Shown: in pieces, positions 52,035 to 64,000 of the stretch
Position numbering within the stretch: position 1 is the stretch's first letter
How the letters are laid out: each line of letters begins with the position of its first letter
From: Octopus vulgaris
Lineage: Eukaryota
NCBI GenBank assembly: GCA_951406725.2
Contig: OX597837.1
Location: 2,914,001-2,978,000 of the forward strand
Length of the DNA stretch: 64,000 bases
Direction of reading: 5' to 3'
Notes under the pieces: model-generated
Databases searched by the model: none
What the model was told of the DNA's origin: nothing
The model's input: only the letters and a program-made list of their open reading frames with translations
Program-made: the position numbers and the translations under genes

Positions 52035-52308
52035 TAGCAGTATTGCCCGGTGTTGCTCGAAACATTTTTAGAGAGTTATTTCCCTTATATAATAGCGAAA
52101 AAAATGCATCAAAATGGAAAAAAGTGATGGTAAATTTTTTTTTAAATCATAGACTCATCGTAGACGCACGCTAATACCCAGAAGGGCTTAATATGAATCA
52201 CGACTATAAGATACCCGCTTTTGGTTACACTGCACCTCAAAATGTGGGAGTAGTTAGGAATTTAAATCGTAGGAGACAGACACACAACTTCACTTTTATA
52301 TATAAAGA
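52034..52308 (-). mobile_element. Short non-autonomous Helitron, same family as 9571-9968
   Basis: CTAG plus hairpin at the left end and TCTTTATATATAAAAGTG 5' end at the right. Body matches 9571-9968. Confidence 0.8.
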
Positions 52309-52310
52309 TA

Positions 52311-52608
52311 TGTATATTTGAAGGGCAAAAACCACTATGTGGTCGGCCATATGCTAGAAGTAGATCACCAGCGATCAAACTACAAAGAAAAGAATGTTCT
52401 CTAGAGAGAACCAGAACAATATGCGGGCAAGACAGATGAAAATTACATAAAAAAACAGAATTAATTTTCATCTGTCTTGCCTGCTTAATTGTTCTGGTGT
52501 CCACTGAATTTTCCTCTAGAGAACATTCTTTTCTTTGTAGTTTGATCGCAGGTGATCTACTTCTAGCATACGGCTGACCACATAGTGGCTCTGCCCTTCA
52601 AATACACA
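52311..52608. repeat. About 300 bp near-perfect foldback palindrome
   Basis: tttgaagggca...gacagatgaaaatt, a short loop, then aattttcatctgtc...tgcccttcaaa. Confidence 0.85.
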
Positions 52609-52706
52609 CATGTATTAGAATTTTCTCTGATTTTTGTATGCTAGGCTACTGGTTTTAAATTGATATTTATTAAATTAATATTCAATTTATCTCCCTCATT
52701 ATTTAA

Positions 52707-52709
<3 letters not shown>

Positions 52710-52747
<38 letters not shown>

Positions 52748-52968
52748 CATACATATATATACATATACATATATACATACACATATATACATACATATAT
52801 ATATATACATATACACATATACATACATATATACATATACACATATACATACACACATATACATACATATATATATATATACATACATATATATATATAC
52901 ATATACACATATACATACATATATACATATATATATATAAATATATATATATATACATATATATATAC

Positions 52969-53003
<35 letters not shown>

Positions 53004-53103
53004 CATATATATACATATACATATATATATACATACATACACATATATATATACATACATATACATATATATATACATACATATACATATATATATACAT
53101 ACA

Positions 53104-53149
<46 letters not shown>

Positions 53150-53202
53150 CATATATATGTATATATATGTATATATATATATATATATATACACATATAT
53201 AT
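52710..53202. repeat. Long compound (TA)/(CA) microsatellite
   Basis: About 490 bp of AT/AC dinucleotide variants. Similar tracts at 6275-6425, 13136-13298 and 61109-61170. Confidence 0.95.
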
Positions 53203-53264
53203 ACTGTTGTGTCTGGGGAGAGTCACTCTCTTCTGGCGCCCTACAAGGCACCAAAAGAGAATGA

Positions 53265-53695
53265 CTCTACCCCTCTGGCTAATCAAACATGTCACGTAAT
53301 GTTATGCATTGGTCCTACCCCTCTGGCTAATATCAGATTTGCCAGAAAGGCAAAACTAATCCATAACATTACATCACGTGTCAGATTAGCCAGAGGGGTA
53401 GCATCAATGTATAACATTACGTGACATGTCAGATTAGCCAGAGGGGTAGCATCAATGTATAACATTACGTGACATGTCATATTAGCCAGAGGGGTAGCAC
53501 CAATGTATAACATTACGTAACATGTTAGATTAGCTAGAGGGGCAGTACCAATGCATAACATTACATGACATGTCAGGCATTCGCCAGAGGGGCAGACCGA
53601 ATTCATAACATTACCCGTTGTCAATTAGCCAGAGGAGTAAGTCCAATCCATAACATTACATGACATAGATTCGCCAGACTCAATCCATAACATAT
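53265..53695. repeat. 48-bp minisatellite (about 7 forward units preceded by about 2 inverted units)
   Basis: Unit AACATTACGTGACATGTCAGATTAGCCAGAGGGGTAGCATCAATGTAT recurs at 53413, 53461 and 53509. Confidence 0.9.
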
Positions 53696-53838
53696 ATATG
53701 ACTTGTAGGCATATGGTATTTTGTTGTTATTTGTGTAACATTATATACAACTGCAAATAGATGTTTGTATATGCAATCATTTTAAATGTATTTAACACTT
53801 TCAGAATAAGGATGCCTTTGATTTTGTTTCCCTATAGT

Positions 53839-54232
53839 TACTCTTTTACTTGTTTCAGTCATTAGACTGCAGCCATGCTGGAGCACCACCTTTAGTCGAG
53901 CAAATCGACCCCAGGACTTATTCTTTGTAAGCCCAGTACTTATTCTATCGGTCTCTTTTGCCGAACCGCTAAGTGACGGGGACGTAAACACACCAGCATC
54001 GGTTGTCAAGCAATGCTAGGGGGACAAACACAGACACACAACCATATACACACACATACATATATATATGACAGGCTTCTTTCAGTTTCCGTCTACCAAA
54101 TCCACTCACAAGGCTTTGGTCGGCCCGAGGCTATAGCAGAAGACACTTGCCCAAGATGCCACGCAGTGGGACTGAACCCAGAACCATATGGTTGGTTAGC
54201 AAGCTACTTACCACACAGCCACTCCTGCGCCT
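53839..54232 (-). mobile_element. SINE family 1
   Basis: Full-length copy. Confidence 0.85.
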
Positions 54233-54357
54233 AGAGTTAGTTGACTTTGACCAGCAAAAATTTTTATGATTGATGGATTCGCAACTCTACTGAGAGCAAC
54301 TTGCAACCAACCACATGTGAACACATTTGTAGTATTATAAAGAAATTATATAATTAA

Positions 54358-54576
54358 CCTTTTCATTACTGCATTTATTTTGAGATGCTCTGTTTCTTTC
54401 AATTATTTTAGACATAATAAAGAATTTAGTAAAATAACTTAGTTACCATTCAGCTGGTGTTAGGAACATAAATTGTGACTAAGTTTTGGTGGAAGATTTT
54501 AATTCAAAACTTATGACAACAAGGCATTTGTACTACAGAGCCAGAGGCAGTTTCAGCCGGGTTGGTATCAAGATGG
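54358..54576. mobile_element. piggyBac-like 220 bp MITE (diverged)
   Basis: Same body as 24127-24347 with TTAA flanks. Confidence 0.75.
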
Positions 54577-54732
54577 TTAAACAGGCCATATCTGGCCCAA
54601 ATATTCTATTATTTTATGATCAAACTGAAGATTTGGCCTCTGACACCTCTGTTACAATGTCATTCTAAAAATATACAATCATATCATTAAAATCAAAATT
54701 AGGCCATTTTTTTCCGGAACGATGAATACAAC

Positions 54733-55655
54733 ATGGACAAAAAGCAAATTCACACAATTTTCTTATTCCAGTTCAAGCTAGGCTGAAAAGCTGCTGAAAC
54801 AGCTCACGATATCAACGATGCATTTGGTCCAGGAACCACTAATGAATGTACAACTCAATGATGGTTCAAGAAATTTTGTAGTGGTGATGAGAGTCTTGAA
54901 GATGATAAGCATAGTGGTCGGCCGTCGGATATTGACAACGATCAACTAAGAACCTTAGTAGAAGCCAATCCATGCACAACTGTTCAAGAGCTTGCTTCTG
55001 AATTAGACATAACTTATATGACAATTTCCAACCACAAAAATTCATGAGAAATGGGTGTTGCACGAATTGAACGAGAACCCCCAAAAAACGCCATGTTGAA
55101 GTGTTGTCTTCCTTTCTTTTACGCAACAAGAACAACTCGTTTCTCGACCGGATTGTGACTTGTGATGAAAAGTGGATTCTTTATGACAACTGGCAATGCT
55201 CAGCTCAGTGGTTGGACACCGACAAAGCTCCACGGCACTTCCTGAAGCCAAAGTTGCACCAAAAGAAGGTCATGGTGACTATTTGGTGGTCTGCAGCCAG
55301 TCTCATCCATCACAGCTTTTTGGATCCAGGCGAAAACATTGCGGCGAAGTACTGTCAGCAAATGGATGAAATGCATAAGAAACTCCAACAACAGCCAGCA
55401 TTGGTTAATAGAAAAGGACCAATTCTTCTCCACGACAACGCTCGGCCATACGTCACACAACAGACCCTGCAGAAGTTGAATGAATTGGGCTAAGAAACTC
55501 TGCCTCATCTGCCATACTCACGAGACCTCTCGCCTACCACTTCTTCAAGCATCTCGACAACTTCCTGCGTGAGAATTGCTTCAAAAACCAAGACGATGCC
55601 AAACATGCCTTCAACGACTTCAACGCCACCAGAATGCAGGATATTTACGCTATCT
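54733..55655 (+). pseudogene. Mariner (Hsmar1/cecropia-like) transposase relic
   Basis: [66 protein letters not shown] motifs with stops and a deletion. Confidence 0.88.
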
Positions 55656-55724
55656 GAATTTAAAGGTTAAAAATCACAAGAACTTTCTTGACAGCCTAAT
55701 ATATATATATATATATATATATAT

Positions 55725-58700
55725 ACAAAATGAGAAAATGGAGAAACATACCTAAATCAATCATCAACCATCAGATAATACCCACTCAATACTTTATTAA
55801 ACCATTACACAACAGCAATGACATTATACATAATAAATTACAAATATAACTAGACATAGAAATAGAAATAGAAAATACAATTACATTGTAGCTGACAGCT
55901 GTTTCGGCCGTGAAGACAGGTATGTCCCATTTAACCTATTAGCCATATAAAGCAGGTATAAATGAGACATTAACAAGAATGTCTCACGGCCTCTTCAGAG
56001 AATTTAATGTAAGTATGAAAAAAATTGACATATAAATAAATAAATATATAAATATAAAAATGTGTGCATAGACACTCATAATTCTACACATATATATATA
56101 CACAATAATACAATATAAACAATATATATCAATATACATTAACAAACACAATAATGTTCCATATTGAACTCATAGTTCTATATCCAACATCAAGGAAATA
56201 CATGTACACTCATATTTAAATTTAAAGCAGGCATATATATTTAACAGTCCAGTCTATTAAAATGTATAACCACACAAAAAGTCAATAAAATTAATATTAA
56301 TATTAATAATAATAATAACAAACATGATTGTACCATGTAAAGCAAGCAGACATCCACATATATACTCAATAAGTCGAATTCATCTGTCCGCTTGGTATTG
56401 ATTTTCATAGATAGATTCGATTGGCTTATAGTTTTAAATTTGAATCACAATGGAAATTTTACGGTTAGTTAGCCAAGAAACACACATACGCACATGCACA
56501 TCCACAGATCATGCGCACATACATACATAGTTATATGTATACACACACACACACATACACAGCCAAATCATAAATAAATAAATAAATAATATAAGAAGTA
56601 GAATCGCAACTATACACATGCAAAACAGAGGAACCCAACCGATTGCACATACATGCATGCAGACATCAAGCCACCCCAAACTACACCATGGATGTGGTAT
56701 TAACTAAGTAGATCCACTCACATATTTCCATAAAACAGTAAATGCAAACATACATATAATTATATCCAGATAGAGAATGTAATTTTTTATAAGGTACATA
56801 ATTCATATTACACCGTATTTTTTGTAAACATAGTATTTTATAACTAAAAAGTCCGCAAACTTAACCGCTATGCTTTATTCAAACAATCGCTAAATTATAA
56901 AGTATAGAATACCCAATATCTGTTTGACTATCAAGAGACATAAATATATATATACTAAGTTAACAACGGTTTATAATAATTAAATAAGAGATTAATTGTA
57001 AGAAGTCAAAATACGCTAATATTCTAAGATATATAATCAAAATAACTCCTTATAGCATAAACAGATATCCCTACGTAATAAATTACAATACTAATATTTT
57101 TCTATTTAAACCCTCACCAACGAACTAATAGAATTACACTCACATCTACATGTCCATATGTATACTCATGTGTAACAACAGACATACACACCATATATTT
57201 TCACATATGATGTGCGTGTAAACATTCATAGTACTTATATATATATATATATTTTTAAGCAACAGTGGACACATAAATACATATATAATAATTAACAGGA
57301 TTTAGCATTAAATAATATCAGTGGAGGACTTACCAATAAATAGTATATAAGTAAATAACAAAAATTAAATTAATTATAAGTTAATAATTGTAATTACTTA
57401 AAATTAAAATGTAATAAGATAGAATAAGATGAAATAATTAAAATTAAAATGAAAATATAAGTAAAAGCTTGTATACATATATATATATTATTATAATAAA
57501 TAATGGATATGTATGTATATATCTACATATAAATAAATAGATAAATACCATAGAAAACAAATTAAGATAAATACAAAGGTACACCTAATATATAGTACTG
57601 CTAATATGTATATATCCACATATGCATAAATGAATAGATAGATAGATAAATAACATAAAATAAAATGAAAATATACATTGAAAAGAGTACATATATAAAC
57701 TTAGTATACAGGCTACTATTATGTAAATATTTACCTATAGATAAATGAATAAATAAATAGATAAATAACATAAAGTACAAATAAAGATGAGTACAAATAT
57801 AGACTAAATATATAAGACTGCTAATATGTATAAAGCCAAATGTAAGTAAATGAATAGATTTATTAATAAATAACTTAAGATACAAATTAAGATGAGTACA
57901 AAGATACACTAAATATACAATATAGAAGACTGCCAAATAAATACCTGCAAAAACCCATATACTCATCCAAAACAAACAATATTCAATATAGACTCTCATT
58001 TATTACATATTAGTATTACAGTATCTAAAACCAGGTTCTCTAACTATGATACTTATACACACTCTGCAATTTTGGAAATCCCCAATAATATCCTATTTCT
58101 GTGTATATACCAAAATGTATATATTCTTTCATGCCACAGTGTATTTCCCTTATAAACCAGGACAAAAAACCAAAAACCAAAAACAATTAATACAGAACAT
58201 ATATATTTATATATATGTGTAACTACAAAATTATAAAATTATAAATATATAAGTTACATGTTTCAAAATTGTAAAAGACTACTAGTATAATTAGATATAG
58301 AGGAAAGTTAAAATATTACTAGTAGAAAAGCTAAGTTCTATTAAATCTAGAGAAAGTGTACGGTAGTTTATGAATGCAAAAAAAATTTTTTTCATTAATA
58401 TTATTAATAATAGGCCTACCAGCTTTGATAATGAAAAAAATTTCATTAATACATAGAGAGCATTTAAAAAATTTTTTCTATTATATACAGGTGCAGAAGT
58501 TAGTATTTTCCAATTTAATTTAAAATCTAAGTTCTTACTTTTGAGTTCCCAAATATACGCACTTAACCCCGTAGAGTACATCCTATTTTTATTTCTAAAA
58601 GTATATCTATGATAATTAAGTCTCTGTTTCATGCTATTCATAGTTGCTCCGATGTATACCCTACTGCTAAATTATGTATCCACAGTGCATTGATAAACTA

Positions 58701-61105
58701 CCTCTTTCTTGAGGCATTGATTACCAAACACACATTTATTTCTGTTTCTGCAATTACAGTTATCAACCGGTTGGGGTAATCTAACATTGGCCAAAATTTC
58801 TGTAACACTATTCCCATTAATAGTGTTACAATTATTTTTACTATCCAATCTCAAATTCAACAAATGATTTATCATTATTGGCGATATTCCTATCAATAGT
58901 AATAGTATTGGTGGTAGTGGTATCATCTATTACATTAATATTTTTCCTTACAGGTACGGTACCATCATAATTTGCAAGAGGGTTGTTCGCGTTAGCTCCA
59001 AAAGATATATTGTTCCTACGATTATAGAGGCAAATTACTATTATCTAAATTCAACTTTCTATCATTATAGAAGCAATCCAGTTTCCTGTTATTAAATGAG
59101 GAGATGGTGGCTAAATTATGTGTAATGCTATATCCTATTCTAACAGTTCCATTATTAATTAATTGACCAAATTTATTCTTACCCTTACCAAAGTGCCTAA
59201 ATATTACATTGTGCAAAGCTCTAACTATGTCTGTTTTTATCTGCAATGCATATGGGATTATCAGCCATAGTGTATCCTTATCAGTATTAGGGTTGCCTAT
59301 CAAATTGTTATTTTTAGTAAAAACCTTGTTTCTCCTCCATCCCATGTTTACTATCCTTAACAATGTCATTGTTATGCCTATCATTATCAATATTACCATA
59401 ATTATTGCGTAAATAAACTTTACTATTATCATACCTACCATTAGTTTTGATATGCATATTATTGATATTACTACCATCACTTATGTGCGCTAATTTATTT
59501 AAACTAACGTCAACAGCTCCGAGATTAACAACACCTCTATAATTATCATATGCGTTTTTATATATCCTATTTTTCCTAATCCTAGTTATTATTGTTTGTC
59601 CTAAATTTATTGGTGTTGTTCTTAATAGTTCCACCTGTATTTGAAGGATTATCCTTTGGTATATACCATATTTTACTTTTGTAGCCTGCTTTCAGCAATG
59701 CTGTACTATATCTATCACAATGCTTATTAAAAATGTCCCCGTTTGAGGATAGATAAAAGATTCTCTGACTAATGCTACACACTAGTGATCTTTTAATTTG
59801 AGGGGGTGATTGCTAGAACGGTTTATATATACTAAGTTAGAATTGGGTTTAATATAAGGTTCATGTATCCCATTAGTAAGGTTGCAATTGACATCCAAAT
59901 AATTGGCAGAATAGTTTTCATTTTCAATAATTATGGATAGGCCAAAACTTTTAAAAAATTTATTTAGTCTTTTTTTCAGTAGATCCAGTCTCCTATTTGA
60001 TGTATTATTTACCAAAAATAAAGTGTCATCCCTATATAGTCCTCCTTTTAATTCAGGGAATTCCCTACTAAGGTTATCGAGTAAATACATCCCAACCAGA
60101 TCAGTCACTTCCGCTGAATCTGGCGATCCCATGGTGATGTCAAACAAGTTGGGTGTGTCTTTTCTAGCCCAAAGTTTGTTATCAAACTCTATTAATGTTT
60201 TTGTAGCTATTAAGATAACCTTAATCTCCCCCATACTTAATTTAGTGTGTGTCCTAGCAAAAATTAAAGCCTTATTTAATATAATAGGGTTTATGGATGT
60301 GTAGTAATTTTGTATATCAAATTGGATGAATTTACTTCTATTATTATCACTGACCTTAATGGCAGAAAACCAATCTAGTGCACCTTGAGTATTCTTCCAA
60401 AGGCTAAGTTTAATTTTGTTACGTATAGTTGGTAAATATTTATCCAGAATAAGTTTACTCAGTCTGCCTAAGTCAGATTTGGTAGGGCAAATCAATCTGA
60501 CCTGCGTGTTTCCAAGAAAGTTTTCCTTATGGTCCTTGAGTGTGATTCTCGGTCTAGTGGGGGTATAAGGTTCAGTTTTTTCTTCCAGGTAATAATCCAA
60601 CATTATTTCTCTAACCTCAAGGTTTAGTTCCCTAAGTGTATTAAAAGGTACAATTTTATATTTTTTAGTAATTTCTTTGTGTAGTAATTCATGGTATGTA
60701 AGGATGTCAATATTATAAATGTTACTGGTTTTGTCAGAATGGGTTAGAATACCATTCTTACCCATAAGAGTTCTTATTAGTTCCTTTAACTTTCTTTGGT
60801 GCGGGTTATACCTCAATGGGGGATTTTTAAATTTGATGTTTTTGATAGTCTCTCGTAATTCCTGTTCAAAGTTATCGAGATGTTTATTTGGTGGAGGAGA
60901 TTTCCTAGATTTAAATGTGGTTCCGGTTAGTTTGATTATTTCCTCATAGGTACTTCCTGTTCCATTACGGTTAGTTTCTCCAGTATGTTGTTGGTTCATT
61001 TTGTTGTTATTGTTTTCATGGTGGAAAATCCTCCATCTTATCCTGTGGATGAACTCATTAATTCTATAGATTAGCTCTTTAGTGTAATGGTCTTTAGTAG
61101 GAATG

Positions 61106-61108
<3 letters not shown>
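55725..61108 (-). mobile_element. Decayed Penelope-like retroelement (RT + C-terminal GIY-YIG), Naiad-like, flanked by (TA)n on both sides
   Basis: N-terminal IPIPTKDHY..EFIHRIRW (about 61030-61108). RT motifs FDIQNYYTSI, TMGSPDSAEVTDLVG, GGLYRDD (59782-60999). Thumb YINRSSNHP / LSSN..Y..AL.KAGY. Linker CNCRNRNKCVFGNQC. VVY...YIG...KQRLNYH and STGLSAYIWELK (58291-58760). Frameshifts and stops present. Confidence 0.88.
55881..56012 (-). ncRNA. Type I hammerhead ribozyme in the 3' terminal region of the Penelope-like element
   Basis: Minus strand reads TTACATT-aaatt-CT-CTGAAGA-GGCCGTGA-[about 70 nt]-TCACGGCC-GAAAC-AGCT-GTC-AG-ctac-AATGTAA. Canonical CUGANGA and GAAA boxes, 8-bp stem II, short palindromic stem III, GUC triplet, stem I with an internal loop. 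Confidence 0.82.
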
Positions 61109-61167
<59 letters not shown>

Positions 61168-61174
61168 TACATAT

Positions 61175-61460
61175 AAAAAATTAGAAAAAAATCACCTTTT
61201 ATCAATTCATTACCTAGAAAATTACATATAATAGAAATATTAACATTAAAATTTATATATATATATAAAAATTCACCTCTTTATCAATTGAAAAAAAATT
61301 ATACCATTTAGAAAATTACATATAATAGAAATATTAACATTAAAATTTATATATATATATATATAAATTAGAAAAAACCCCACCTTTTATCAATTCAATA
61401 ATGAAAAATTAAATTATACCATTTAGAAAAATTACATATTATAGAAAGATTAACATTAAA

Positions 61461-61498
<38 letters not shown>

Positions 61499-61590
61499 CA
61501 GAAAAAAACCCCACCTTTTATGAATTCAATAATGAAAAATTAAATTATACCATTTAGAAAAATTACATATTATAGAAAGATTAAAAATAA
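61175..61590. repeat. Tandem about 100-130 bp AT-rich units separated by (TA)n
   Basis: aaattagaaaaaa(a/c)ccaccttttatcaattca...tagaaaaattacata..atagaaa occurs about 4 times. A solo relative is at 13565-13600. Confidence 0.8.
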
Positions 61591-61943
61591 GATAAAACAT
61601 ATAACAATGATTAAGTATTGTGCAAAAATATATATATATGAGCAGGACTCTATTATTTCATGTTGCTCCTGCTCCCTTAGCTGTAAAAATGAGCTGCAAT
61701 ATCACTGGTGCCAAGCTGAATCAGTCTTTGCTTTTTTCCTTTGGATACTTGAGAAATTGGTGATGTGGAGTATGGACGCTGGTATGCATGGGCGACTACT
61801 GGTCTTCCATAAACAAACTTGCCCAGATTTGTGCCTTGAGGGGAATGCTCTAGGTGCAATCCCATGGTCAGTCATGACTGAAGGAGGTCTTTATCCTTTA
61901 CCATATATATATATAGATACATATATATATATACTATATATAC

Positions 61944-62110
61944 GGAATGGTTAGTGGCAAGAGAGGAAGAGGCCGACCAAGAACCCGCTGGCTTGACACC
62001 ATCAGGAGTGATACCGGAATGGACATGGCCAATCTGAAGGAAGCGGCCCAGGATAGAACTGACTGGAGGACACTGATCCAACGAGTAACCGAGAGTCGAC
62101 TTTGACTGAG
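61944..62110 (+). mobile_element. RTE/BovB-like LINE C-terminal fragment
   Basis: MVSGKRGRGRPRTRWLDTI..LKEAAQDRTDWR motif. Confidence 0.75.
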
Positions 62111-62243
62111 CAGATAGAGAGAGTGTGTGTGTGTATACAGACAGACATACACACACATGCTTGAATGGAAAGACAAAAAAAAAAGGCCCTTAACACAGTA
62201 GGAACTACACATAGTATTTATAACTGTTTGATTCGGTCCCATG

Positions 62244-63839
62244 CTAAGGGACCTCAACTACTTCAGGCTTTGGGAATGCCGAATGGAGTAATTCAGGAAA
62301 TGTATCTTTATACAGACATGAGTCATTCGCTGCAGAGAATGATTTGCCATACATATTAATGTGATATGGTTTGTCTCTGGAGTGAATACGCTTGTGCTTA
62401 GACAAAGCACCACTTTGAGAAAATGATTTTCCACAGACCATGCAGTGATATGGTTTCTCTCCAGAATGAACATATTTGTGTTTAGTCAAAACACTGTTTT
62501 GAGAAAATGATTTACCACAGATATCACACTGATAAGGTCTCTCTCCTGTATGACTATATTTGTGAGTAGTCAAGGTGCTATATCTAGTGAATGATTCACC
62601 ACAGATATCACACTGATATGGTTTTTCTCCTGTGTGAATGTATTTGTGCTTGGTTACATCACTATTTTGGGAGAATGATTTACCACAGATATCACACTGG
62701 TAAGGTTTATCACCGGAATGCATACGTTTATGGATAGTTAAATGTGATGTTTGCGAAAATGATTTACCACAGATATCACAGCGATATGGTTTCTCTCCTG
62801 TGTGTGTGTGTTTGTGAGTGGTCAAGTGACCTGATTGAGAGAATGATTTACCACAGATATCACATTGGTATGGTTTCTCCCCTGTATGGATATGGATATG
62901 TTCGTTCAACTTACACTTGTCAGAGAATGATTTACCACAGGTATCACAATGATATCGTCTCTCTCCTGTATGCGCGTGTCTGTGTCTCGTTAACTGACCT
63001 GCTTGAGAGAAAAATTTACCACAGATATCACACTGGTAAGGTTTCTCCCCTGTATGAATGCGTTTGTGAGCGGTTAAGTTACTTTTCATAGAGAAAGATT
63101 TACCGCAGACATTACAGCAATATGCCTGCTCTTCTTCATGACTACATCTGTTGTGTGTCCTTAACTGAATAGTTTGAGAGAATGATTTACCGCAGATATC
63201 ACAGTGATATGGTTTTTCCCCAGTATGAATACGTTTGTGCTTAGTTAAGGTACCCACTTCCTTGAATGATTTACCACAGATCTGACATTGGTATGGTTTC
63301 TCCCCAGTATGAACACGTTTGTGAGTAGTTAAGTGAACTTTCTGAAAGAATGATTTTCCACAGATATCACAGTGATAGGGTTTCTCTCCTGTATGAATAT
63401 ATTTGTGCTTGGTCAAATTACCCCTTTCAGAGAACGATTTACTGCAGATATCACAGTGATAAGGCTTCTCTCCTGTATGAATACGTTTGTGTTTATTTAA
63501 ATTACATCCTTCAGAAAATGATTTACCACAGATATCACAGTGATAAGGCTTCTCTCCTGTATGAATATACCTGTGTTTATTTAATGAACTTTTTTTAGAG
63601 TATGATTTATCACATATATTACAATGATATGGCTTATCATCTGTCTGGGTACCTTTGTGATTAGTCAAATGATCAGTTTGAGAGAATGTTTCATCAGGGA
63701 CATCAGAGTGATATAGTGTCTTGCTTACATTAATATCTTTGTGAGCAGTGAAGTTAACTTTTTGGGAAAATGATTTATCACCACAGTGCTGTAATAATTC
63801 CCCTATGGCTTTATGTGTCATCTTATCAGCAAAATCCAT
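62244..63839 (-). CDS. Poly-C2H2 zinc-finger protein (ZNF-E), 531 aa, about 15 canonical fingers plus degenerate terminal fingers
   Basis: Tandem C2H2 ORF starting MDFADK. Shares the ERGNLTKH / FFQKVHL finger pair with the other paralogues. Confidence 0.92.
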   Translation of the reverse strand: MDFADKMTHKAIGELLQHCGDKSFSQKVNFTAHKDINVSKTLYHSDVPDETFSQTDHLTNHKGTQTDDKPYHCNICDKSYSKKSSLNKHRYIHTGEKPYHCDICGKSFSEGCNLNKHKRIHTGEKPYHCDICSKSFSERGNLTKHKYIHTGEKPYHCDICGKSFFQKVHLTTHKRVHTGEKPYQCQICGKSFKEVGTLTKHKRIHTGEKPYHCDICGKSFSQTIQLRTHNRCSHEEEQAYCCNVCGKSFSMKSNLTAHKRIHTGEKPYQCDICGKFFSQAGQLTRHRHAHTGERRYHCDTCGKSFSDKCKLNEHIHIHTGEKPYQCDICGKSFSQSGHLTTHKHTHTGEKPYRCDICGKSFSQTSHLTIHKRMHSGDKPYQCDICGKSFSQNSDVTKHKYIHTGEKPYQCDICGESFTRYSTLTTHKYSHTGERPYQCDICGKSFSQNSVLTKHKYVHSGEKPYHCMVCGKSFSQSGALSKHKRIHSRDKPYHINMYGKSFSAANDSCLYKDTFPELLHSAFPKPEVVEVP

Positions 63840-64000
63840 AGTTTTAGACTGTCATATATTTAATCTGCTTCTTAGAATTTTTCTTAATAATTCTTCTCTT
63901 CCACATAATTTTATTTTTTTATTTTTTGTCTTAATATTCTGTTCTTAATAATTACATCTCCTTCAATATTTCCAGCCACAGTGATCTTTGTCGATATTTA

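Noticed and set aside
52641-53424. Long YI/YM/CV-rich ORFs (also near 6133-6527, 12851-13320, 14912-15277)
   Set aside because: Translations of dinucleotide microsatellites.
53265-53695. CRISPR-like appearance of the 48-bp repeats and of the 61-bp repeats at 5942-6125
   Set aside because: Contiguous tandem units with no unique spacers, no cas genes, and a eukaryotic context.
58670-58770. Possible selenoprotein-type Naiad element (in-frame UGA at linker cysteines, SECIS near the ribozyme)
   Set aside because: The linker cysteines are TGT/TGC and the in-frame stop before YIG is TAA. No AUGA..GA SECIS core was seen in the ribozyme stem II insert.

Overview
AT-rich, repeat-dense animal genomic DNA. 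The SINE repertoire, the (TA)n/(CA)n density and the long C2H2 arrays with no recognisable effector domain suggest an octopus/coleoid cephalopod (inference, not verified). The window holds a cluster of five paralogous poly-C2H2 zinc-finger genes: ZNF-A 17064-19508 (+), ZNF-B 26388-28640 (-), ZNF-C 32913-34289 (+), ZNF-D 47138-49750 (+) and ZNF-E 62244-63839 (-). Each has a single coding exon, and A-D also have a homologous putative non-coding first exon and intron. Between the genes lie tRNA-derived SINEs, RTE/CR1/Tx1-like LINE fragments, mariner relics, several MITE families, a head-to-tail Helitron array with PIF1 fragments (6427-13135) and a decayed Penelope-like retroelement (about 55725-61108, -). 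Top observations: (1) a type I hammerhead ribozyme with a canonical core and an unusually large stem II in the Penelope 3' end; (2) the same Tx1/L1-like LINE inserted twice, in sense, into the homologous ZNF first-exon module; (3) ZNF-A and ZNF-B look like chimeras of a ZNF-C-like 5' half and a ZNF-D-like 3' half; (4) Helitron units joined CTAG|TC with no spacer. All coordinates were read by eye and repeat boundaries are approximate.
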